Of a stretch of DNA of 64,000 bases, positions 55,399 through 64,000 are shown in pieces. The position numbers and the translations under genes are program-made. This DNA is from Planctomycetota bacterium (GTDB lineage: Bacteria; Planctomycetota; MHYJ01; WSZJ01). The stretch is from positions 1-64,000 of the forward strand of contig JBBTCT010000034.1 in assembly GCA_038060895.1 (NCBI GenBank). The letters are read 5' to 3'. Positions within the stretch are counted from its first letter, which is position 1; each line of letters starts with the position of its first letter. Under the pieces are notes generated by a model. It was not told the DNA's origin and ran no database searches. It saw only the letters and a program-made list of their open reading frames with translations.

Positions 55399-57648
55399 AT
55401 GCCGCTTTGTCCACGTCTGCTGACGGGCGTCCTGGCCTCGAGCCTCTTTCTGCTGAGTCCTGTCCATGCCGAAGATGCCTCGCCCAAGGTGACGGATTGG
55501 CGTGGGGGCGCGAAACTCGCGGGGCTGACCGACGCCGAGGTCGAGCGGCTCGCGAAACAGAAAATCCTGATCGCCGGCCCTCAGCGACTGCAGGTTTTTC
55601 AGGTCTACGAAGGCTCGAGGGTGCCTACCTTCGTCACGTCCGATGCGGTGCTCAACGCCTTCCACGTCCTCTTTGAAGAGAGCGTGGTCCGCCTTGAGAG
55701 GTCGCGTTCAGAACGGCTTGCGGGCGTGCTGCGTCCGATCTGGGACGGCATCCCGGAGGCGATCAAGCGATTCGAATGGCCGGAAGACGAGAAGCAGGAT
55801 GCCGTTCGTCGCGCGCAGATCACGATCGGCGTGGGGTTGCGCCTGCTCGGCGCGGAATCGCCGGGAGCCTCGAAGGATGTCCTGGATGCGATCGAGGCCG
55901 AAATCGGGCGCGTCCTCGCGGGGAAAGAGCGCCTGCGACCGGAATGGCTCGGCCCGCATGACGACGGATTTCCGTTCATCGACTACAGCCGGTTCGAGCC
56001 GCGCGGTTTCTACACGCGCGACGAACGCCTCCGGGCCTACTTCCGCGCGTCCGCCTGGCTGCAGGCCGTTCCCTTCAGGACCGGACAGGACCGCGAGATA
56101 CTGACAGCGGCGGTGATTTCCGAAGCGATCGGAGACCGCGCTGGACGGTGGGAGTACGAGCACTTCAATCGCGTCCGGACATCACTCCTCGGCCGCTACG
56201 GGGACCTGACGATCCCTTTCCGCGCGTTTTCAGACCGGCCGTGGTCGAAGGAGGACCTCAGGACTTATCGCAAGGATTGCGAGGAATCCTGGAAAAGCGC
56301 AAATCCACAGAAGGACGACCCTGTGGACGCCCTGGCTCCGCGCTTTCACGGGTTTGAGCCATGCCTGCGGGTCTTCCCCGCCGCCTTGTTGCCGGAGGGA
56401 CGGCTCTTCGATCTCTGGTGCGACCCGCGCGTGCAACCCACCAGGGAGCCGTCGGGATTGTTCGTCGCGGCCGCGCTGGGCGGAGACTTCGCGCGCGCGG
56501 AGGCCCTGGCGCATCGAACGCCGGGCGAAGCGGAGGAACTGGCCCGAGTCATTGACGCCTGCCGGTCCCTTCCGAGTTGCGGCGGCCTCTACGGCGACTA
56601 TCTGCATTGCCTCGAAGCGCTTCTCGACGAAGCCGAGCCCGATGCTCCGGCATTCGTGTCGTCAGACCCATGGAAGCGCAAGAGCACGAATGCAGCCCTG
56701 GCGGGCTGGGCGCAAGCCCGGCACACATGGGTTCTGCAGGCCCGTGAAGACGTCATGTGGGGCGGAAAGGAAGACACGCTGGCCGGGTTCGTCGAACCTG
56801 ACCCTGAGTTCTTCTCGAGGCTGGCCGAACTCATCGAGAGAAGCTCGACGCTTCTGGAGAAGGAGGGTGCCTTCGATGAAAGCCTGTCACGGCAGGAATT
56901 CCTGTGGCTCGCGAAGGATCTCGCCGAATCGCTTCGCGGCGGTGGCAGCCCGCGAGCCTGGACGGAGATCGAGGGGATGGTGATGTATGGTCGAAAGTCC
57001 GGGATTGTGGACTGGTTCTCCTGTCTGCGATCGGGCGAGGAGTTCGCGGGGATTCCGAGCCAGCAAGAGCTCACCCCTGAGGAGCTTCCGAAGGTCCTGA
57101 AGGCGGTGGAACGGGACATCAAGCTCCTTGAAGGAAGCGATCCCCTGCCTCGCTTGCTCGCTTCGTGCGTTTCGGACATCACGCCGCCGCTTCAGCTCAC
57201 CTGGCGAAGGCTCGAAAGGCTCTGCAGGCGTCTCGAAGCGATGTCCCAGAAGCAGCTGAGGGGCAGGCCCTGGGACCAGGAAGAGCGGCATTTCCTGTTG
57301 AACTTCGGGCCCGAGTTGGGCGCGGCGATGCTCTACGAAGGAAATTCCTACGAACACCCCAACGACGACGCGCCTCGCGTGTCGTCGGTGTACGCTGACC
57401 TGCGTGACCCGCGGGCGCCTCGTTACTTCCAGGCGGGAATCGCACGGCCTCGTGCGCTGTACGTCCTCTACCCGTGGAACGGTGAGGAGTGTCTCTGCCG
57501 CGGCGTGGTCGTGCCCTACCGCGAATTCGTCGGCCCGAATCGCCTCGGCGACGCGGAGTGGCGGGCGCTGCTGGACTCGAAGGATGCGCCTCCGTCCCCG
57601 TCGTGGATGGAGCCCGTGGTTTCGCCAGAACCGCCCGGGAAGAAATAG
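55399..57648 (+). CDS. DUF3160-like secreted protein
   Basis: PTFVTSDAVLNAFH, DYSRFEPRGFYT..L.AYFRA..W, ALAGWAQARH..L.A, GFVEPDPEFF, G.V.PYREF. Confidence 0.85.
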   Translation: MPLCPRLLTGVLASSLFLLSPVHAEDASPKVTDWRGGAKLAGLTDAEVERLAKQKILIAGPQRLQVFQVYEGSRVPTFVTSDAVLNAFHVLFEESVVRLERSRSERLAGVLRPIWDGIPEAIKRFEWPEDEKQDAVRRAQITIGVGLRLLGAESPGASKDVLDAIEAEIGRVLAGKERLRPEWLGPHDDGFPFIDYSRFEPRGFYTRDERLRAYFRASAWLQAVPFRTGQDREILTAAVISEAIGDRAGRWEYEHFNRVRTSLLGRYGDLTIPFRAFSDRPWSKEDLRTYRKDCEESWKSANPQKDDPVDALAPRFHGFEPCLRVFPAALLPEGRLFDLWCDPRVQPTREPSGLFVAAALGGDFARAEALAHRTPGEAEELARVIDACRSLPSCGGLYGDYLHCLEALLDEAEPDAPAFVSSDPWKRKSTNAALAGWAQARHTWVLQAREDVMWGGKEDTLAGFVEPDPEFFSRLAELIERSSTLLEKEGAFDESLSRQEFLWLAKDLAESLRGGGSPRAWTEIEGMVMYGRKSGIVDWFSCLRSGEEFAGIPSQQELTPEELPKVLKAVERDIKLLEGSDPLPRLLASCVSDITPPLQLTWRRLERLCRRLEAMSQKQLRGRPWDQEERHFLLNFGPELGAAMLYEGNSYEHPNDDAPRVSSVYADLRDPRAPRYFQAGIARPRALYVLYPWNGEECLCRGVVVPYREFVGPNRLGDAEWRALLDSKDAPPSPSWMEPVVSPEPPGKK

Positions 57649-57849
57649 CTCGAGTCGCAAGGTCTTGTTCGTGGTCCTGCGCGTCCTGTCCAGATGCCCG
57701 CCTCCCGTGCCCCGTTGCACGGGCTCGCCGTTGCGGCGGAAACGGCGGCTTCTAAGTTCGTAACTGTAAGGGCGGTCAAGATCGGCGAGCGATCGTGTAC
57801 CGTAACGTCGGCTCGTTGACAGGTGCATCCCGTGCTTCGGAGGAAGTCC

Positions 57850-59403
57850 ATGAACGCGCTTCGCCGGCTCACACTCGCCTCCGCCGTCGCCGTCGCTGTG
57901 CTCGCGCCGCTTCCCACATCCGCCTGCCTGGGCGAGTACCGGAGCCTGGACTGGATGGTGGGGCACGCCACGCTGATCTTCGTTGGGACGGTGGAATCGG
58001 TAGAGAAGGCGCCTTCGGGGCGGGAAGACGCGCGGAGAGGCCCCTCGCAGGACGGGCCGACAGTGGCGACGGTGAAAATCGTGCGCGTGCTGCATGGCAC
58101 GGCGCCGGACGCGACGATCCGGCTCCGGTCCGGGCCGGTCGCGTCCTGAGCACCGGAGGCCATCTACTTCGGTTTCGAAGTCGGTCAGACTTCGATTTTC
58201 ATCCTGATCGGTTCGACGTCCAGCGGTACGGCAACGCTGTCGCGGGGCGCCTGCGTGCAGGGCTTGGAAGACCTGGAGGCCTTGCGGTCGCGCATCGTCC
58301 GCGCAAAGGCGTGGCGGGCGGAGCACCTCGAGCAACTGCGAAGGACGGACCCGAAGCTTTTCGAGGCGGCCGAGGCGCTCAACGCAGAGATGAGGAAGGC
58401 AGTAGAAACGGCGCCCTTTCCCGATCCCAGGGATGATGGCTCGTCGTTCGAGGCTACTCATGAGGCGGTCGAAAAGCTGACGAAGCGCCTCGCCGAAATT
58501 GAACCGCAGGTCGCGTTCGAGGCCCTGGCGATGGATTGGCTGGACACGACGAAAGGGCACTGGTCCGGTGACGAATACAGTGTTTGGGGAAATGCGGTCA
58601 GGGATGCTTTCCGCGACCGCGAGAAAGAAGTAGCGACACTTCAGAAGAACGAAGCCGAACGCCTGCTTCTCCGTGCCGGCCTCTCGAAGACCCAGGTCGC
58701 GGAGTACATCGCGGCGGTGGACAGCGGCTTCGGAAGATCCCCCGAGTTCCCCCTTGATCCGCCGAACGGCTACCGACTCGACAAACTTTCGCCGGAGATC
58801 GCGACCACGGACTTCATCCTCCGCTGCGAAACGTACGACCGCGGGGCGATCTACTTGCTCTACGGCATGTGGGGAGAACGGCTTGCCAAGATCCTCCCCG
58901 CGCGCGTCCAGGACCGGATCCCGTCCATGCTCTCCAGCCCGGACGGCGACGCGTGGGTCGCGGCGCGTCTGATCGAGGAAGTGAAGGGATTCCACTTCGT
59001 CGATGAGGTCCTCCGTCGCCAGGTGGCCGGGGAGAGGCCGGGCGTGTTCCTCTTCCTCAACGCGGACGACAAGAACTGGAAAACCGATGTCCTCAACGAG
59101 ATGTTCAAGCGGGCAAGAACCGGGTACTCCCTCTGGGGAAGATCCCGGCTCTGGGACTCGTTGGGGACAAGCGGGATCGATGACCCCGTGTGCATCGGCG
59201 CTGCAATTGCGGATCTCGAGAACGAAGAAAAGGCCGGGAAGCGCACGGAGGATGAGGAACGCTGGGCCTCCGGGTTTCGCGATTCGCTTCGGCGTTATCT
59301 CACCTTCGCCCAGTCCGCCCGAAGCGCACAGGGGGACGCAAAGAAGTCCGCCGCGGAGTGGAATGAGTGGTTCGAGAAGAATCCGGCTCCGGCGAAAAAG
59401 TGA
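57850..59403 (+). CDS. Secreted protein with in-frame TGA at codon 100 (candidate selenoprotein, TIMP/NTR-like N-terminal domain)
   Basis: GGAGG SD + ATG; ORFs 57823-58149 and 58255-59403 share a frame with only TGA 58147-58149 between them; SECIS-like hairpin follows. Confidence 0.7.
58175..58195 (+). promoter_or_regulatory. Putative bacterial SECIS element
   Basis: TCGAAGTC-GGTCA-GACTTCGA: perfect 8-bp stem, G-initiated loop 33 nt after the TGA. Confidence 0.6.
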
Positions 59404-59486
59404 TCGGTCGGGGCGAGGCCAGGACGAAGCGCGGCGTCTTTCACAACCGAACCGTCATTGCTTCGGCTGGAAAACGAACCGCGGTT

Positions 59487-59647
59487 GGCTTCACCGCCGA
59501 CATGGACTACGAGGGCCGGTCGCTCAAGGCCCAGATGCGAAGCGCCAACCGCGTGAAAGCGCCGTGGGTCGTGATCATCGGCGGGGATGAGCCGTTCGAC
59601 TCGCTTCGCTCGCTCACTGTGGACTGGCGAAGGGGGTGCTGATGTTG
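59487..59647 (+). repeat. Displaced hisS 3' fragment, copy 2 (with a 32-bp insertion)
   Basis: 59487-59592 matches hisS 42849-42954 (7 differences); insertion 59592-59623; homology resumes at CTGGCGAAGGGGGTG (hisS 42954-42977). Confidence 0.92.
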
Positions 59648-59713
59648 GGCCGGTGTCGGATACAGTAGTCAGCGACTGGCCGTTCCCCTTCTACACGGTT
59701 CTACGCACACACC

Positions 59714-61009
59714 ATGAAAACAATCGGCTTCCTATCCTGCGTCCTCGGCGTTGCCATGTCGCTCCCGGCATACGCCCAGGGTGCTCCCGTATCAATCCCG
59801 ATCCGCACAGGAGTGCTTGGCGCCACGGAGCTCGGCTACCAGGGATACGCCGATGGGATCGAGCATCCCATCGAGGGGCAGAGCTTCGAAGCCTATGGCC
59901 ACGAAATCACACTCGATCGCAACGGTGCTCAGCCGACCGTGACAGTCGCGGGCAAGGCCACGAAGATCGCACGATTTCCGTGGATTCTCAAGCTGGGCTC
60001 AGGTGGCGAGGCCCGCGCAATCGAGATCGTGAGCCACGGCGAACGCCTGATGTGGACCAGCCATTGGGGCGCGACGTTCCAGCTCGACCAGCAGCCGTTC
60101 GCCGTCATCGATGCGGACGGCGACGGCGTGCTCTGGGAAATCGGAGAGGACGCGATTATCGGTCCCGACAGCTCGACGGCGACCCGCTACACGGGTGGGG
60201 CGTGGACCACGAAAGGCGGCTGGACCCTCGCGCCCGATGGCCCCCGGCTCCGGGCCTCCGCGATCGCGCTGTCATGTCCCCCGGAAATGCACAAGGCCTG
60301 GTGCCGATTCAACGTCGAGCGCCAGGCCGCGGGTTGCCAACCGGTCGCCTGGGACGAGGAGCTCGCGCGCGGTTGCCGCGCCCACGTCGCCTACTTGGCG
60401 CGCAACGACGTCCGCGGTCACGACGAAGATCCCAGCAAGCCCGGGTTCACCGAGATAGGTCGGACCGCCGCGAAGCAGTCCGTCCTGGGGTATCAATACG
60501 CCGACCCGCTCGAGGCGATCATCGAGCAATTTCGCACTGCCTACCACCTCGAGAATGTCATGAAACCCGGGCTCTTGAGCTCGGCGATGGCGATCCAGGG
60601 CACTCACTTCGCCTGCAACACCGAGGGTGGTAAGTCGGAGTCCGTCCAATCGGGATCGGTCGCCTGGGTCTGGCCTGCTCACGGCCGCCGCGATGCGTTT
60701 CGCGTGTTCAACGCGGGTGGCGAACAACCGATGCCAGTGCCGGGCCACGAGAAGGATTACCAAATGACCTTGGGGCAGGTCGTGTGCGCCAAGGTGACCC
60801 CGGGCAAGTGGGATCTGGTCGTCGAGACCGCCGCGGGCCAGCGCATCGAGGGCGTGCTGACCTTCCCCGGAAAGGGCATCGCCGGCAAGCCGGACAACGA
60901 CGAATTGGTGATCCTGGCGCCAGCGGCCTCGCTTCCCGTCGGCATGCTCCGCGCCACCTTGTCGCGCGACGGGGCGATCGAACGCCGGTGGTGGTTCGCC
61001 ACGCGTTGA
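59714..61009 (+). CDS. Secreted protein with CAP-like domain
   Basis: Signal peptide; DADGDG motif; N.ERQAAG..PVAWDEELARGCRAH..YLARN..GHDEDPSKPGFT..G, F.TAYH. Confidence 0.75.
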   Translation: MKTIGFLSCVLGVAMSLPAYAQGAPVSIPIRTGVLGATELGYQGYADGIEHPIEGQSFEAYGHEITLDRNGAQPTVTVAGKATKIARFPWILKLGSGGEARAIEIVSHGERLMWTSHWGATFQLDQQPFAVIDADGDGVLWEIGEDAIIGPDSSTATRYTGGAWTTKGGWTLAPDGPRLRASAIALSCPPEMHKAWCRFNVERQAAGCQPVAWDEELARGCRAHVAYLARNDVRGHDEDPSKPGFTEIGRTAAKQSVLGYQYADPLEAIIEQFRTAYHLENVMKPGLLSSAMAIQGTHFACNTEGGKSESVQSGSVAWVWPAHGRRDAFRVFNAGGEQPMPVPGHEKDYQMTLGQVVCAKVTPGKWDLVVETAAGQRIEGVLTFPGKGIAGKPDNDELVILAPAASLPVGMLRATLSRDGAIERRWWFATR

Positions 61010-61088
61010 ACAGCGACGTACAAGAAGCCCCTGTCGAGCACGAAACCATCCTCTTCCGCATCGTCTACTACGCGTCCTGCGCTTCCTG

Positions 61089-61450
61089 CTCGTGAAACAC
61101 CCCGCACCATCCGCTTCCCGCCGCGATACCATTCGCAACGCGTTCGATCCGGCGTCACAGGGAGGCGGCATGCTCCGGAAGACATGGCTGGCACTTCTCC
61201 TCTGCGCGGCCCCGCTCGCGGCCGAGGAGGGCTACGACGCGGGCGACAGCTGCCCCGACTTTGAGCTCTTCAACACGGACGGCCGCGCCGTCCGGCTCTC
61301 CGAATTCCGCGGGCGCGTCGTGGTGCTTCACCTGTTCGCCACGTGGTGAGGCGGCTGCCAGGCGGGCGGGGCGCCGATCGCGCAGTTCGCGCGGGAGGTG
61401 AAGGACGACGGGCGGGTGGCGTTCGTCGAGATCGCGGGCGGGGAGACCCC
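61089..61450 (+). repeat. Direct repeat copy B (upstream region + 5' part of the Sec-redoxin gene; ATG 61170, TGA 61347)
   Basis: Near-identical to 53215-53576; same W-TGA-GGC motif. Confidence 0.95.
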
Positions 61451-61484
61451 TTCGTGGTTCGACGCGCCTGATATACTTGCACCC

Positions 61485-61799
61485 ATGAAAGCGAATGGCT
61501 CCACGCACAAGTCGTCGCCGGCGGCCGAAGTGGCCCGGCTGCGGCGGCTGATCGAGCGAGTTGAGAAGAACCTGAGTGCCAAAATCGCACACCTTGAAGA
61601 GAAGCTCGAGGCTGGCGCGCGGGGCGGCGCTTCTGCACGGCTCCGCGAACGCAACGAGCTACGGGCGCGGGGCGGCGTGGCGCGCCTCCAGTCGGACCTG
61701 CGAACGCAGTACGAGATGGGCATCATCGATCGACAGGGCCGCCGGGTCCGCACGGGCTGGCCGGACAAGAAGCTTGAGCGCGGCTCCGACGTGGTGTGA
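61485..61799 (+). CDS. Small protein upstream of the zeta-like ATPase (putative antitoxin)
   Basis: TGATATACT extended -10 with ATG 7 nt later; stop overlaps the next gene (GTGA). Confidence 0.65.
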   Translation: MKANGSTHKSSPAAEVARLRRLIERVEKNLSAKIAHLEEKLEAGARGGASARLRERNELRARGGVARLQSDLRTQYEMGIIDRQGRRVRTGWPDKKLERGSDVV

Positions 61800-62434
61800 G
61801 CGCTTCAGCTCAAAAGCGGCCGCCGGTCATGGACCTCGTGGCGGGACCCCAGGGGAGCGGCAAATCCACGTTCTTCCCCGTCAGGGAGAGCGGCGTTGCG
61901 GCGTTCAACGTCGACGAACACCGCAAGAGCCTGAATCGCGGATCCTCGGAGAACATTCCCGAACACGTGCTGCGGAGAGCCCTCGCGGACTACGAGGCGT
62001 TCATCGAGGGGCACATCCGGGCGAAAGAGAGCTTCTCAATTGAAGTCACCCTGGGGAAAGACATCACGTTCCAGCAGGCGCGAAAAGCCAAGCGCGCGGG
62101 ATTCAGCGTGGAAATGACGTTCGTCGCCGCAGAGTTACAGGACTGCCTTGCGCGCGTAGCCAAACGACTGGAGGCCGGCGGGCACGGAGTTCCGCCCGAG
62201 GTCATCACGGCCACGCACGAGGCCAGCATGAAAAACCTGCCCCGCGCCCTTGCGCAATTCGACGCCGTGGTGGTCTACGAAAATGCCGGGCTCGCGGGGC
62301 CGGAAATCGATCCCGCTTCCCTGTTCCCTCGCCTGGTCCTTGAGGCGCAGTCGGGCCGGGTCACGTTTGTCGCCGAGGGGCCGCCGGAATGGCTGCGGAA
62401 GGCATTGGCGGGCAGCCGCTTCGAATTGAAGTAG
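61796..62434 (+). CDS. Zeta-toxin-like P-loop kinase/ATPase
   Basis: VAGPQGSGKSTF, FNVDE, SFSIEVTL, AKRAGF, ARVAKR...GGHGVP..VI. Confidence 0.8.
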   Translation: MSASAQKRPPVMDLVAGPQGSGKSTFFPVRESGVAAFNVDEHRKSLNRGSSENIPEHVLRRALADYEAFIEGHIRAKESFSIEVTLGKDITFQQARKAKRAGFSVEMTFVAAELQDCLARVAKRLEAGGHGVPPEVITATHEASMKNLPRALAQFDAVVVYENAGLAGPEIDPASLFPRLVLEAQSGRVTFVAEGPPEWLRKALAGSRFELK

Positions 62435-62461
62435 ACGCCCGTTCGCGCTTAACTTGAGCGC

Positions 62462-63112
62462 ATGCCTAAACTCGTGGTCCGCAGTTTCGCCATCTCCCTG
62501 GACGGCTTCAGCGCCGCTCCCGGGCAGAGCCAGAAGGAGCCCTTCGGGAAGAACGGCCTGAGGCTCATGGGGTGGGCCTTCGCCACCAAACACATGACCA
62601 CCCTGTTCGGCGGCACGGGCGGCGCCGAGGGCATGGACAACGACTTCCTGGCCCGATCGGACGAGAACATCGGCGCCAGCATCATGGGCCGCCACATGTT
62701 CGGCCCGCCCCCCGACGCCAAGGACAAGGAGTCCTGGAAGGGCTGGTGGGGCGAAAACCCTCCCTACCACCACCCCGTCTTCGTGCTGACCCACGAAAAG
62801 AAAGCCCCCCTCCCGATGGAAGGCGGCACTCGCTTCACCTTCGTGAACGACGGCATCGAATCCGCCCTGAAACAGGCCCTCGCCGCCGCCCAAGGCAAAG
62901 ACGTCCGCCTGGCCGGCGGCGCGGCCACCGTCCGCCAATACCTGAAAGCCGGCCTCATCGACGAGCTCCACCTGGTGCAGGTGCCCCTCCTGTTCGGCCA
63001 GGGGGAACGCATCTTTGAAGACCTGGGGGGCGTGGAGAGCCTGTACGAGTGCGTGGAGTTCACGCCTTCCAGGGCGGTGTCGCACTTGCGGATCGTCAGG
63101 AAGGCCAGGTAG
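62462..63112 (+). CDS. Dihydrofolate reductase-like (RibD C-terminal) protein
   Basis: ISLDGF, IMGRHMF, WWGENPPYHHPVFVLTH, GGAATVRQYL.AGLIDEL, P.LFGQGERIF. Confidence 0.9.
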   Translation: MPKLVVRSFAISLDGFSAAPGQSQKEPFGKNGLRLMGWAFATKHMTTLFGGTGGAEGMDNDFLARSDENIGASIMGRHMFGPPPDAKDKESWKGWWGENPPYHHPVFVLTHEKKAPLPMEGGTRFTFVNDGIESALKQALAAAQGKDVRLAGGAATVRQYLKAGLIDELHLVQVPLLFGQGERIFEDLGGVESLYECVEFTPSRAVSHLRIVRKAR

Positions 63113-63199
63113 GGAATCACCGCCGACATGGATTACGAGGGAAGATCGCTCACGGCCCGGATGCGAAACGCCAACCGCGTGAAGGCGCCGTGGGTCGTG
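63113..63199 (+). repeat. Displaced hisS 3' fragment, copy 3
   Basis: Matches hisS 42849-42935 with about 9 differences in 87 bp; same left boundary as copy 2. Confidence 0.9.
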
Positions 63200-63231
63200 G
63201 AGCCGCGCCGGCGCGGGACATCACGGGCCGC

Positions 63232-63260
63232 TTGACTTCACAAAGCCACACAACTATGAT
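63232..63260 (+). promoter_or_regulatory. Sigma70 promoter of the TA operon
   Basis: TTGACT-17nt-TATGAT; GGAGG SD before ATG 63286. Confidence 0.75.
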
Positions 63261-63285
63261 ATTTGCACTACTTGGAGGACTTCCC

Positions 63286-63558
63286 ATGATCCAGCATGTC
63301 TCCCCGCTGCACCTCCGCCAGAAGCTCGGCGACGTCCTGAACCGCGTCGCGCTTCGGCAGGACGAGTACGTCATCGAGCGCAAGGGGCATCCGCTCGCAG
63401 CGCTGGTGTCAGTCGAGAAGATGCGATCCCTCGTGGAGGCGGCGCGGCTGCACCTGCTGGCGGCGCTTCCGGCGCGCCGCACGAAACTCCCGCAGGCCGC
63501 GGCGGACGCGCTTGCGGACGAGGCCAAGCACCGGTCGCGTCCGAGGCGGAGGAAGTAG
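63286..63558 (+). CDS. Phd/YefM family antitoxin
   Basis: LRQKLGDVLNRV...EYVIERKGHPLAALV. Confidence 0.85.
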   Translation: MIQHVSPLHLRQKLGDVLNRVALRQDEYVIERKGHPLAALVSVEKMRSLVEAARLHLLAALPARRTKLPQAAADALADEAKHRSRPRRRK

Positions 63559-63561
63559 CCC

Positions 63562-63999
63562 GTGATTCGGGCCGTGCTGGACGCCAACGTCCTGGCGAGC
63601 GCGTTCATCCGCCCTCAAGGACATTCCGGGCAGATCCTGCGCCGGTTTCTCGAGCGGGGTGAATTCGACCTCGTGCTCTCGCGGCCGATCCTGGATGAGC
63701 TGGAACGGGTGCTCTTCTACCCGCGCCTTCGCAAGGAGTTGGCCGTGACGGACGACGAAATCCGGGCGCGCGTCGCCCACCTCGGGGTGCTGGCCGTGCT
63801 CGCGGAAGGCGAGGCGGGCGAGAGGATCGTCGAGGCGGATCCCGACGACGACAAGTACGTCGCGGCTGCGCTTCATGGGCAGGCGTCCTTCCTCGTCAGC
63901 GGCGACCGCCACCTGCTGGACCTCAAGGATTCCCGCGGGGTGCGGATCGTCAAGCCGAGGGAGTTTCTGGACGTCCTCTCTTCGACGCGCCCGGCCTGA
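63562..63999 (+). CDS. PIN-domain toxin (TIGR00305-like)
   Basis: RAVLDANVLASA, ILDEL, DPDDDKY..AA, LVSGDRHLL, IVKPREFL. Confidence 0.9.
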   Translation: MIRAVLDANVLASAFIRPQGHSGQILRRFLERGEFDLVLSRPILDELERVLFYPRLRKELAVTDDEIRARVAHLGVLAVLAEGEAGERIVEADPDDDKYVAAALHGQASFLVSGDRHLLDLKDSRGVRIVKPREFLDVLSSTRPA

Positions 64000-64000
64000 T

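Larger units (their letters stand above)
43047..64000. mobile_element. Accessory island or tandem cassette array anchored at the hisS 3' end
   Basis: Composition shift after hisS; two displaced hisS 3' copies; two redoxin 5' copies; defence and TA cargo; no integrase seen. Confidence 0.75.

Noticed and set aside
58147-58149. Genome-wide UGA reassignment (genetic code 4 or 25)
   Set aside because: TGA is the normal stop of many well-defined genes here (dtd, dprA, aroB, miaA, radical SAM); in-frame TGAs appear only at Cys-like positions
43047-64000. Prophage, integron or IS element as the explanation of the island
   Set aside because: No phage structural genes, integrase, transposase or recognisable attC sites in the window; an integrase beyond the window cannot be excluded
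1-64000. tRNA or rRNA genes
   Set aside because: No cloverleaf with T-loop and acceptor stem, and no rRNA-like segment recognised by eye; a covariance search was not possible

Overview
High-GC bacterial DNA, probably Planctomycetota (inferred from large Ser/Thr kinases, an ECF sigma/zf-HC2 anti-sigma pair, TPR-gluzincin proteins and TIGR03960/TIGR04073-like genes). Positions 1-43046 are mostly backbone: recG, dtd, sigma/anti-sigma, a radical SAM enzyme, dprA, aroB, clpS, a uracil-DNA glycosylase, miaA and hisS, with many secreted proteins, short-period-repeat hairpins and many apparently leaderless genes. Downstream of hisS (43047-64000) is an accessory region with no visible integrase. Its cargo blocks alternate with two families of gene fragments: hisS 3' pieces (59487, 63113) and 5' pieces of a UxxC selenocysteine redoxin gene (53215, 61089). 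Cargo includes a lower-GC candidate defence cluster (HTH-like + HEPN-like pair, SF1 helicase-nuclease, two GIY-YIG-like proteins, PRTase-like + NADAR pair), secreted proteins and two toxin-antitoxin-like pairs. Two ORFs that the track splits (57850-58149 and 58255-59403) are in one frame, separated by a single TGA at a Cys-like position and followed by a SECIS-like hairpin. This is a candidate new exported TIMP/NTR-like selenoprotein. All family calls come from motif recognition by eye; no searches were run.
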